A DNA stretch of 64,000 nt, taken from positions 331 through 64,330 of the forward strand of contig CAJQNK010000076.1 in assembly GCA_905479655.1 (NCBI GenBank), read 5' to 3'. The stretch's first letter is position 1. Each line of letters opens with the position of its first letter. A model generated the notes under the pieces. It was not told where the DNA came from, did no database searches, and saw only the letters and a program-made list of their open reading frames with translations. This DNA is from an uncultured bacterium. GTDB taxonomy: Bacteria > Acidobacteriota > Thermoanaerobaculia > Multivoradales > JAHEKO01. The position numbers and the translations under genes were made by a program. This document shows, one piece after another, positions 45,858-54,139 of this stretch.

Positions 45858-48800
45858 TTAGTAGGTGAGATCCGCCAGGGGGATCGGGGCCGGTGCGGTC
45901 TCGTCGTGCCAGGCCTTCGCCTTGTCGAGCTCCCCGGCGTCGATGTCGGCCGGCGCCGGTCGGCGATTCGCCTCGGGCCACTGCCAGATCGAACGGTAGC
46001 GGGGCTCCTGGGTCGCGCCGGTATTGTCGGTCCGGTAGAAGCTCCACCCCCGGAGGCGAAGCATGCAGCCCGTGCAGAAGACCCTGTGGACGCTGAAGTT
46101 GTACGACATCAGGCAGCCGCTCTTCGACACGAGCTCGTGCAAGCGGGTGGGATCCCCGATCGCCCCCGCGTGGGGGTGGTTGAGGCCCAGGCAGTGTCCG
46201 ATCTCGTGCCCCAGGGTCTGCTCCCGGGAGTTCCGGCCCTCGGTCGTGTACTTGTTGCCACACAGGACGATGAAGCCGTTGGTGGCGGCTTGCAGGGGCA
46301 CACCGAAGCCGTTGGGACCGCCGAAGTTGTCGAGCTCGTTGACCTGGAAGACGTAGACTCCGTCCGCCCGCGCCGGGTGCTGGGCCGCCAGGTACTGCTC
46401 GACCACCTCGAGGAAGACCATCCGGGCCCAGTTGGTCTGGCAGGCCCCCTCGTAGCCCGACTTCCTCTCCCAGTACGAAGACCTCCAGAGGAGTGAGGTG
46501 GCGTTCTGATCCGGATACTGGTTGAGGACGCTGCCGTCGTCTTGAACCGGGACGACGCCGAAGGGGTTGACCTCGGTCGGGGCGAAGGTCGTGTCGCTCG
46601 TGAAATGGTCGTCCGGATCGCCGGTCGGACCATAGAGGGCGATCATGTTCTGCTTCCAGGTGTCGAAGTCGACGAAGTTGACGGCATCGTCGCTGTCGGC
46701 CCACTGGTCGCCAGTCTGATCGACGGCCGCCACCAGGTAGTCCGGTAGGTTGCCGCTCGTCAGAGCCGCCGCGAACGCCTGGTTCCAGTGAGCCCGGACC
46801 ACCGCGGTGGGACCCGCGGCCTCGTCGACGACCCGGATGAAGGCGTTGTCGTAGCCCGCCTGGATCTGCGTCAGATCGACCGTCTCCATCCGCGGAACTC
46901 CCCCCGGCGCGGGGTTGTCGTAGTGGCCGAGGGGCGCCATCCTCTTCTTGAAGTAGCCGGCGATGTGGACCTCGCGCCAGACCTCGAAGACGCCGGTCGC
47001 AGCGTGCCGCTCCGGCCCCAGATCCTCGGCCGCGGCGGCGAACAGGTCCGGATCCGACTCGTCCAGGTCGTCGGCATCGTGGGTGAGGTAGAGGTGGAGC
47101 CGGTAGCGATCCCCGCCCTGGATCGACGGTTGGAAGATCACACCGGTCCGCCCGACGCAGTCGGCGGCGCCCTCGGACCAGATGCCGCTGGACACGCTCC
47201 AAGTGCGGTCCGTGAGGGGCGCGACCGCGAAGGGGAACTGCTGACCGGGTCTCGGCGAGGCCGGAGTGACCCCGGCCTGCGGCGGGAACACCGCCCGGGC
47301 GGAGCCGCTGCCATCCGTAGGCGTCCCGCGCTTGCCTCCACGATCCGCATGGCAGTTCCTCCCCGCCGGGCTCGTCGGGGTCTCCTCCACCTCGTACTCG
47401 GTCGCCAGCCCGAGAGCCTTCCAGGCATCGAAGCTCATGCCCTTGTCCGCGAGGAAGACCGGGTCGATCGCCCGCTTGCGGAGCTGTGCCTGCTGGTCCT
47501 GCTGCCACTCCAGGTCCGGTGGAGTGGCACGCGGCTTCGCCAACCACTTCTCGAACTCCTCGTCGGCGTCGCGGAGGGCGTCCTCCCCCCCCGGCGCTTC
47601 GTCCACCGTGCCGCGGATGACCTTGGAGCAATCCTCCCAGTCCCAGACACACTTCAGGTTCGACAGGGTCTCCGGGACCGTGTTGGGGGCCCCTCCCGAG
47701 GCCAGGATCCGGAGCCGGGCGAACAGCGGGATGTTGGGCCCGTCGCCCCAGACAGCGCGGTGGGCGTCGTAGGGGTGGTTGTTCCACTGTTGCGCCGTCG
47801 TCGCCGAGAAGCTGTTGCTCCAAAGGTAGACCCGCTTCGTCTGGTCCTCTTCCTCGGTCTTCTTGGGGGGGCGACCCGCCAGGTTCGTGAGGTTCCTGCG
47901 GTCCGAGAGTGAGTTCCAGACCCACTGGTCGCGCTCGTCGTTGCCGGTGCCCAAAGTGGGTGAGGCGGCGAGCACGTCGAGCGGGCCCCATTCGAAGACG
48001 ACGGGCGCCAGCTTGACCTCGAAGTTGGTCCAGGCGAGGCCGGGCTCACCGAAGCCGTCTCCCTCGAGCACGAGCTGGAGGACGTAGGGCGACTCCGAGA
48101 TCGAGAGCACCTCCTGGGGCAACGGGGCGTCCTCGTCGTAGGGCCCGTACTCGTGGAGCCAGAACTCGCCGTTCTCGGATCGCGCTCCCACCGCCTGGGG
48201 CCGGCCGGGAAGGGGCTGGTAGTAGCCCGAGACGCCGTTCCAGCGAAGGTCGTGGTCCCCCGGATCGCACTCGCCCGCCTCCACGTCGAGATCGCGCCGC
48301 CAGAGGAGCTCGCCGTCCCGAGCCCGGCGCAGCTCCAGCCGCCCACCGGTCACGAGATCGTGGTCGTCCTCGATGGAGTAGAGGATGTGCACGACCTCCT
48401 CCAACGGTGCGAAGTGGAAGTCGACCTTGTCGGGTGTCTTGTCCTTGGGATCGGGTACGTGGCTCGTCGACTCCAGATCGCCGCCTTCGTTCTTCAACTG
48501 GAGCTTGGTGACGGCGAAGGTCAGGTCTTCCTTGATCTTCGGCCAGTCCCAGCCACGGATTCGCAGGACGCACAGGCCGCAGAAGCGCTCCGAGTCCTGG
48601 TCGTAGTTCATGATGCAGTTGTCGGTGTGGTGCCCCGTCTCGAGCGGCGGGGGCGGCCGGCGGCCCGTCTTCTCGAGCGCGTGGGGGATGAACAGGGCGT
48701 GAGCCAGCTCGTGGGAAGCGATCGGGTCCGCCGCCTTGTAGAGGATGTCGGAGTCGTCGGACCACGTCCTCTGGGTCCAATGGCCGCCCCCCTCCCAGGT

Positions 48801-51506
48801 CGCGATCTGGGTCAGCGCCAGGGTCCGGCTGCCGGCGTCCGTGTGGAAGGCGCCCGACACGAGGACCTTCCAGTGGCTGTCGCGTCCGGGAGCGTGGAAC
48901 AGAACGGCCCGGGCCGAGTCCTCCCACCCCGAGAGCGCCACGTACCGCTTCAGCAGGCCCTCGAACAGATTCTGGGCCACCGCCTTGTAGTCGGAGACGC
49001 CCTCGAACCACTCGTCCGGGTTGAACCCGTGGCGCAACTTCGTGCCACAGGTCCTGTCGATGTGGTCCAACACCCTCTTGCCCGTCGGTGGCTCGTGGCC
49101 CTGACTGAGCTGCTGCAGGTAGTCGGACACGATGGTCAGCCTCGTCAACGACCGGCTCGACCACTGCAGCGTGCGGTTCTTCGTCTTCCGCCAGGCGATG
49201 ACCGCGACCTCCAGCGTCGCCTCGGGATCCACGTCGAAGGTCGCACGCGCCGCACCCGCCAGGAAGCGGCGGACTCCGGCCGCGAGCTCCTCGGTGAGCT
49301 CGTTCGAGTACGCCCCGAAGCTCAGCCGGTGAATGGCCTCGGCGTCCTCGGGACCGAGCTCGTGGATGGTGCCACCCGCGTTCGCCTGGGCGCGGAGGAC
49401 GATCTGCCGCTCGTTCGCGGCGGACTGCCCCGGTAGCGGGTAGACCACGATGTTCCAGCAACCGCGGGTGACTCCGGTCACCTGGGCCGTGCCCCCGTTG
49501 GACAGGGCCGTCACCGTCTCGTTCTCCTGGAACACTCCGTCGTTCAGGCGCATGACCACGGCGGCGGCAGGCGTCCGGTAGACGACAATTCCGCGGGCGT
49601 TCGAAGTACCACCGACGATCTCCTGGGGCTTGGCCGTCCCACCGAGATCGGCGTCGAGCTCCAGGCGGAGAAGCTGCTCCTTGAAGCTGGCCTCGAGAGC
49701 CTCTACGAACTCGTCGTGGGGCTTGATCACGATGGCCGGACAGCCGTCTTCGACGTCAACGTCCTCCTCGGTCGGGTTCAGGACGCCGAATCGAACGTAG
49801 AGCGGCAGACCCTCACGGGACTGCACCTGGATCTGGTCCCGGTTGATCCTGTCGATTTCCTGATCGAGCGCCGTCCACCAGCGGTCCATGTCCACCGTGT
49901 GGTCGTCGAGCTCCAGGTGGATCCCCAGCTCGTCCCGGTACTGCTCCTTCAGGCCGTTGGTGTCGAGCGCAGTGACGCCCGGGAGGTGAGCGTAGGTGAG
50001 GTCGACGCGCCGGAGAACCTCGAAGGTCCCGGTCGCCGCCGCGGCCGTGCCGGCAGCCGTCCGGAGGTCGGCGGCGGCCTCCTCCGGGGTGTCCAGCGAG
50101 TCGTGGTACTCGAGGCGCACCGTCACCTTGTACGCGTCTCCCCCCATGCGGGAGGGCTGGAAGATCGCGCCCGTCCGACCCTTGAGCACACCCTCTGTCC
50201 ACGCGCTCGAGCGCGCCGCCCAGGCGCGCTCCGAACAGCTGGAGACGGGGAACGGGAAGGCCCCGTCCTTCAACTCGTCGCCGGCCTCGTAGCCCTCCCG
50301 CTCGGGGAAGACCGGCGCCCCACCCTGACCCCGCTTGCCGCCGAATCGTGCCGGACAGTTGTCGGAGGGCACGTCGTCCTTCTCGCCCTCGCCGGCCTCC
50401 CAGACCCCGCGCAGCAGCTCCTGGTCCCTCTCGGTGCCTTCATCACCGGTCCAGGCTTCCCACTTCGGGCTCTCCGCGGGATCCTCCCGATCCTCCCAGT
50501 CCCAGACGAAGGAGGAGCCGCCCACGGCCTCCGGAACGAGCTTGCCCTCGCCGTCGGAGTGGCGGACGAGGATCTCGGCGAGCAGGGGGATTCGGGTCCC
50601 CAGGCCCCAGTGCTTCGAGGTCTCCTGAAAGTCGTTCTCGTACGGGTCCAGGTGCCCCGCCTTGAACAGGTTGCACGGCAGAGGGACGTCCAGGTCCTCC
50701 TCTCCCACACTGTTGAAGAGGCGCAGGTCGGTCGGCTCGCCGTCGACCTGCGCGTTCAAGACCTGCTCCTCCGAGGAGACCTCTCCCACCAGGCCCTCGA
50801 GGACGGCGATCTCGTCCTCGCGGATCGTCTCCTTCCGCTCCTCCGGCATCCCCGGGTCGTCGCGGTCCGTCGGGATGAGGTGCTCGGTGCCCCAGTAGAG
50901 GTCGATCTTGTCGACCAGGATGTCGAAGTAGGTCCAGGCTTCCTTGCGCTCCTCGTCGATCTGCGCGTCCGACGTCACCGCGAGGATCGTCAGCTTCATC
51001 GCGTACGGAGAGTGTCCGACGGTCGGAAAGCGGTCGGGGTAGTGACGCTGGGCCTCCGACGGCAGCTTGCCGTCCCACACGGACTCCGGCGGGGTCGTGA
51101 GCTCCGATCCGTCCAGGTCGCGGCTCCAGATCGCGCTCTCCGAATCGTACGCGAAGAGCTCCAGCCGCGCCCGAGTCACCAGGTCGCCATGCTCCAGCTC
51201 CCAGATCAGATCCGGGGTCTCGAGCACCGGAGCGTAGAAGAACCGGGTACCGTCGCTCGCCACCGCCTCGTGTTCCGGGTCCTGGTACGAGGTCGACGTC
51301 TGGTTCGCGGTCTTCATCTTGAAGCTGACGACGGCACACCGCCTGCAGGTCTGGGTGCCGGTGTCGAGGTTCGACCGCCCGGACGATTCCGACGTCTCCA
51401 GGTTGCTGCTCTCGGACTCCGACCTCTCGCGCGGTGCCGAGGACCCGGTGTCGCCACCGATCCCGAAGAGGCCTGCGGCGAGCGCCAGTGGATAGGTCTC
51501 GGGCAT
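45858..51506 (-). CDS. 1882-aa internally duplicated protein with two metzincin-like zinc-protease motifs (candidate T6SS cargo effector)
   Basis: HELAHALFIPH (48681-48713) and HEIGHCLGLNH (46176-46208). Each is followed by C[IL]M[NS]Y ... FCxxCxLR[IL]RGW. The two halves share further collinear blocks. Confidence 0.8.
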   Translation of the reverse strand: MPETYPLALAAGLFGIGGDTGSSAPRERSESESSNLETSESSGRSNLDTGTQTCRRCAVVSFKMKTANQTSTSYQDPEHEAVASDGTRFFYAPVLETPDLIWELEHGDLVTRARLELFAYDSESAIWSRDLDGSELTTPPESVWDGKLPSEAQRHYPDRFPTVGHSPYAMKLTILAVTSDAQIDEERKEAWTYFDILVDKIDLYWGTEHLIPTDRDDPGMPEERKETIREDEIAVLEGLVGEVSSEEQVLNAQVDGEPTDLRLFNSVGEEDLDVPLPCNLFKAGHLDPYENDFQETSKHWGLGTRIPLLAEILVRHSDGEGKLVPEAVGGSSFVWDWEDREDPAESPKWEAWTGDEGTERDQELLRGVWEAGEGEKDDVPSDNCPARFGGKRGQGGAPVFPEREGYEAGDELKDGAFPFPVSSCSERAWAARSSAWTEGVLKGRTGAIFQPSRMGGDAYKVTVRLEYHDSLDTPEEAAADLRTAAGTAAAATGTFEVLRRVDLTYAHLPGVTALDTNGLKEQYRDELGIHLELDDHTVDMDRWWTALDQEIDRINRDQIQVQSREGLPLYVRFGVLNPTEEDVDVEDGCPAIVIKPHDEFVEALEASFKEQLLRLELDADLGGTAKPQEIVGGTSNARGIVVYRTPAAAVVMRLNDGVFQENETVTALSNGGTAQVTGVTRGCWNIVVYPLPGQSAANERQIVLRAQANAGGTIHELGPEDAEAIHRLSFGAYSNELTEELAAGVRRFLAGAARATFDVDPEATLEVAVIAWRKTKNRTLQWSSRSLTRLTIVSDYLQQLSQGHEPPTGKRVLDHIDRTCGTKLRHGFNPDEWFEGVSDYKAVAQNLFEGLLKRYVALSGWEDSARAVLFHAPGRDSHWKVLVSGAFHTDAGSRTLALTQIATWEGGGHWTQRTWSDDSDILYKAADPIASHELAHALFIPHALEKTGRRPPPPLETGHHTDNCIMNYDQDSERFCGLCVLRIRGWDWPKIKEDLTFAVTKLQLKNEGGDLESTSHVPDPKDKTPDKVDFHFAPLEEVVHILYSIEDDHDLVTGGRLELRRARDGELLWRRDLDVEAGECDPGDHDLRWNGVSGYYQPLPGRPQAVGARSENGEFWLHEYGPYDEDAPLPQEVLSISESPYVLQLVLEGDGFGEPGLAWTNFEVKLAPVVFEWGPLDVLAASPTLGTGNDERDQWVWNSLSDRRNLTNLAGRPPKKTEEEDQTKRVYLWSNSFSATTAQQWNNHPYDAHRAVWGDGPNIPLFARLRILASGGAPNTVPETLSNLKCVWDWEDCSKVIRGTVDEAPGGEDALRDADEEFEKWLAKPRATPPDLEWQQDQQAQLRKRAIDPVFLADKGMSFDAWKALGLATEYEVEETPTSPAGRNCHADRGGKRGTPTDGSGSARAVFPPQAGVTPASPRPGQQFPFAVAPLTDRTWSVSSGIWSEGAADCVGRTGVIFQPSIQGGDRYRLHLYLTHDADDLDESDPDLFAAAAEDLGPERHAATGVFEVWREVHIAGYFKKRMAPLGHYDNPAPGGVPRMETVDLTQIQAGYDNAFIRVVDEAAGPTAVVRAHWNQAFAAALTSGNLPDYLVAAVDQTGDQWADSDDAVNFVDFDTWKQNMIALYGPTGDPDDHFTSDTTFAPTEVNPFGVVPVQDDGSVLNQYPDQNATSLLWRSSYWERKSGYEGACQTNWARMVFLEVVEQYLAAQHPARADGVYVFQVNELDNFGGPNGFGVPLQAATNGFIVLCGNKYTTEGRNSREQTLGHEIGHCLGLNHPHAGAIGDPTRLHELVSKSGCLMSYNFSVHRVFCTGCMLRLRGWSFYRTDNTGATQEPRYRSIWQWPEANRRPAPADIDAGELDKAKAWHDETAPAPIPLADLTY

Positions 51507-51508
51507 GC

Positions 51509-51946
51509 TCAGGGCCCTCCCACGTCACCGACCGGGCCGCCGTCTGCGCGTAGCTCCCGGATCTCCCGCGCGCCGAGGCCCCGGCCCTGCTCCTCCCTGC
51601 GAACCGCCAGACGGTACAGCCGATCCAGGCGGAGGCTGGGGCTGCCGGGCGCGGCCAGCGCCTCGCGGACCCAGGGCAGCGACGGGTCGCGCTCGAAGTC
51701 GCGTCCGAAGGTCAGCATGAGATTCAGGTAGTTCGTCACCGCCCCGGTGGTCGAGACGCCATGTCCCCGGGCGCGTTCGCGCGCCAGCGACACCAGCGCC
51801 CGGATGCCGACGCTACCCAACCGGCTCGCGGCGGCGGGAAAGAAGCGCTCGACGTGGGCGAGCATCCGCGCCTCGAACCCCGCGACCACCACGGCGTCCC
51901 GCATCACTTCGAGCTGGGCCTTCCTGATCACGAACACCGGTTCGGC
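51509..51946 (-). CDS. small helical protein, paralogue of 43733-44143
   Basis: GTG at 51946 aligns with the start of the paralogue: VFVIRKAQLEVMRDAV..MLAHVERFFP..IRALVSLARERARGHGVSTTGAVTNYLNLMLTFGRDFERDP. Its stop lies 2 nt before the giant gene ATG. The 287-aa track ORF upstream is out of frame with real coding sequence. Confidence 0.55.
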   Translation of the reverse strand, partial: AEPVFVIRKAQLEVMRDAVVVAGFEARMLAHVERFFPAAASRLGSVGIRALVSLARERARGHGVSTTGAVTNYLNLMLTFGRDFERDPSLPWVREALAAPGSPSLRLDRLYRLAVRREEQGRGLGAREIRELRADGGPVGDVGGP

Positions 51947-51989
51947 CCTCCTTCGGACCACCGCGAGATCCCCGAGGGAGCGAACGGGC

Positions 51990-52526
51990 TCAAACGGTCT
52001 CCCACTGGATCCGACGCCGCAGCAGCGCCTCGTCCTGGAACCGGAACTCCAGGATCGTGTTGATGGACTCACCCTCGACCAGGTACATCTGAACGGGGCC
52101 GAAGACGTAGTCCAGCTCGTTCTTCTCACAGGTCGGAAGGTAGGCCCGGAGGACCCTGGGGTCGTAGTAGCGAAAGAAGAACCTCTTGCCGCTTTCGTCC
52201 TTGACCTGGAGGAAGCGGCGGAAGTGGCGGCGCAGGTCCTGGAGGATCCGGTCGGAGTGAAGGAAGACGCCCCAGCTCTGACCCCATCCCAGCCGCAGGA
52301 TCTCCCGAGTGGCCAGCGACCGCCGGCCGAGGTGGACCAGGTACGGAGCCACCCGGGCCAGCTCCGGAGCAAGCTCGCCCAGAAACAGGCAGCGGTAGTC
52401 CAGCCGGGACCGTCGCAACAACGGAAGGACCCGCTCGTCGCGGGCGGCGTCCAGGAGCATGAACACGCTGGGAGCTCGATGGATGGCGTCCCGGCTCCAC
52501 AGCGAGGCGGCCAGCCTGTCGACCAT
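51990..52526 (-). CDS. DUF4123 T6SS effector adaptor/chaperone (Tap/TEC-like)
   Basis: VFMLLDAARDERVLPLL..APYLVHL..WGQSWGVFLHS..LRRHFRRFLQV..FFFRYYDPRVLRAYLP..VFGP. ATG at 52526; an alternative GTG at 52610. Confidence 0.7.
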   Translation of the reverse strand: MVDRLAASLWSRDAIHRAPSVFMLLDAARDERVLPLLRRSRLDYRCLFLGELAPELARVAPYLVHLGRRSLATREILRLGWGQSWGVFLHSDRILQDLRRHFRRFLQVKDESGKRFFFRYYDPRVLRAYLPTCEKNELDYVFGPVQMYLVEGESINTILEFRFQDEALLRRRIQWETV

Positions 52527-52635
52527 CGCCTCGGGGACCAGGGAGGCTACCGACTCCCGACTCTCGTGCAAGTCGCCTCCCTCCTGGCTTCCATCCGTCG
52601 CGTCCCGCACCCGGGGGGACTCAGGCCTCGGCCTC

Positions 52636-52788
52636 TCACGTGTCGCAGAAGGGAGCGCCCGAAGCCGACGCGTCGGCGAAGGTCGCCGCCTGAGCCTCGG
52701 GATTCGCGATCAACGGATCCTCGCCAGGCTCCTCCGCAACGGTCGCCGCCTGGAGGGCCGTCTCCTGAGCCTCCTGCGTCGCCCCCAT
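52636..52788 (-). CDS. possible 50-aa peptide ending GAPFCDT, in frame with the preceding ORF
   Basis: MGATQEAQETALQAATVAEEPGEDPLIANPEAQAATFADASASGAPFCDT. Below the size cut-off of the ORF track. High GC3. Confidence 0.3.
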   Translation of the reverse strand: MGATQEAQETALQAATVAEEPGEDPLIANPEAQAATFADASASGAPFCDT

Positions 52789-52827
52789 CGCCGTGACCTC
52801 CACACGGGAGGCCGCACCCTCGTCCTC

Positions 52828-53163
52828 TCACGTCTCGCAAAGGGGGGCGCCCTCCTCCGAGGCCTGTTGAAGGGCCTCCGCCTGGCTCGGCGCCACCTCC
52901 TGGGCGACGGCCTCCTCCTCCGGAGCCGGCTCCTCCTCGGGCGGCGGAGGCGCGGGTGCGGCCTCGCCGGCCTCGCGAGGCGTCGGCAGGTACGGGCGGG
53001 CCTGGGTCGGCGGGGCCCAGGAGACCTCGGGCGCGAAGCTCACGGCCGTCGTCTCCCGGATCAGGTTCATGAGCCACTGCTGGGGGGACATCCCGGCCAT
53101 CCGGGCCGTCATCTGCAGCTTCTGCTCGGTGTGCGGGTCGAGATCCAGGAAGATGCGTCCCAT
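52828..53163 (-). CDS. 111-aa protein: ribbon-helix-helix-like N-terminus, Pro/Glu/Ala-rich tail ending GAPLCET
   Basis: ATG at 53163. RIFLDLDPHTEQKLQMTARMAGMSPQQWLMNLIRE fits a strand-helix-helix pattern. Confidence 0.5.
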   Translation of the reverse strand: MGRIFLDLDPHTEQKLQMTARMAGMSPQQWLMNLIRETTAVSFAPEVSWAPPTQARPYLPTPREAGEAAPAPPPPEEEPAPEEEAVAQEVAPSQAEALQQASEEGAPLCET

Positions 53164-53286
53164 AGCTAGCCACTTCGAAGCGAGAGACCCCGCATCGCCG
53201 GCCCCTGCGCGGACCGCGACAACGCTCCTGGTTTATCGAGCCTGCCGAGCTCGGCGCTCTCTGTCGACGACGTCACTCTTCCTGGC

Positions 53287-53292
53287 ATTATA
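53287..53292 (-). promoter_or_regulatory. perfect TATAAT (-10-like) hexamer in the 154-bp gap between DUF4280 and the cargo genes
   Basis: Plus strand attata = minus strand TATAAT, about 125 nt upstream of ATG 53163. No convincing -35 element. Confidence 0.25.
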
Positions 53293-53317
53293 TGCAAACC
53301 GGCGCGAGGGCTCCCAT

Positions 53318-53857
53318 CTACTCCTCCATCGAAGCCAGGAGCTCCGCCATCTCTTCCTCCGACAGGGGCTCGCCCAGGGGCAGCTCCTCGAAGCTCTCGA
53401 CGCCAGCCGCCTTCAGTGCCGCCTCCAGGGCCTGGTCGGCCGCCGCCGCGGCCTGGTCGGCCGCGTCCATCGCGGCCTGCATGGCGGCCGGAAGGGGGGC
53501 ATCCGCGACCTCGACGCTCTGCTGGCCCGCGTCGTTGATCTTGACCACCCCGCCGATCGAGCACACGCAGACCGACGAGTCCGTCAAGGCGGGCTGGTCC
53601 TCGATCATCACCGTCGGGCTGCCCGGGGACCAGGAGACGGTCGCTGGAACGCACGGCGTGGGCACGCCGAGCGCGGCCGCGGTCAGGATCTTGCAGTTGC
53701 CGAAGGGCGCGATGTTGGTCGTCGGCGCGGCATCCATGATGTTACCCGCGGGTTGGCTCTCGGCCTGAACGGTGCGCGATGGCAGGACGGTGAGCGCGGC
53801 CGTGGACGCCCCGCAGGGGCACTGCAACTGCGCTGTGCTGACCACGAGCTTGGCCAC
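53318..53857 (-). CDS. DUF4280 (PAAR-like) spike-tip protein with an acidic helical C-terminal extension
   Basis: VVSTAQLQCPCG..NIAPFGNC..PTPCVP..WSPGSPTVMIEDQPALTDSSVCVCSIGGVVKI. AGGAG RBS before the GTG at 53857. Confidence 0.75.
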   Translation of the reverse strand: MAKLVVSTAQLQCPCGASTAALTVLPSRTVQAESQPAGNIMDAAPTTNIAPFGNCKILTAAALGVPTPCVPATVSWSPGSPTVMIEDQPALTDSSVCVCSIGGVVKINDAGQQSVEVADAPLPAAMQAAMDAADQAAAAADQALEAALKAAGVESFEELPLGEPLSEEEMAELLASMEE

Positions 53858-53866
53858 CCGACTCTC

Positions 53867-54139
53867 CTAGTTGATCTTCACCTGGCCGCCCGAGGCGGTC
53901 AGTGTGGTGTCCCCGTTGACGGTCGTGTCCGGCGCCGTGACCTCGGCCGACGTCGTCCCCTCGACCTTGACCGTGCCGCCGGTGATCGTGACGCCGCTCG
54001 AATCGATGAGGATGCTGTTCTCGCCCACCTTGAGCTCGATGGAGGTCCCCGCCTCGGTGGTGCTCTTTCCGGCGTCGATCGTGACGGTCCGGTCGCCGGC
54101 GGTGATCGTCAGGGTGTCGTCGCCCTGCTGCAGGGTCAC
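53867..54139 (-). CDS. vgrG: VgrG C-terminal beta-helix segment, in a different frame from the vgrG body
   Basis: (V)TLQQGDDTLTITAGDRTVTIDAGKS..IELKVGENSILIDSSGVTITGGTVKVEG is the typical VgrG C-terminus. GTG at 54139 overlaps the TGA of the upstream ORF (GTGA). Confidence 0.7.
   Translation of the reverse strand: MTLQQGDDTLTITAGDRTVTIDAGKSTTEAGTSIELKVGENSILIDSSGVTITGGTVKVEGTTSAEVTAPDTTVNGDTTLTASGGQVKIN

Noticed and set aside
52828-52830. TGA between the two GAPxCxT ORFs as selenocysteine.
   Set aside because: I recognise no SECIS-like structure and no selenoprotein context. It remains only a formal possibility under the read-through hypothesis.
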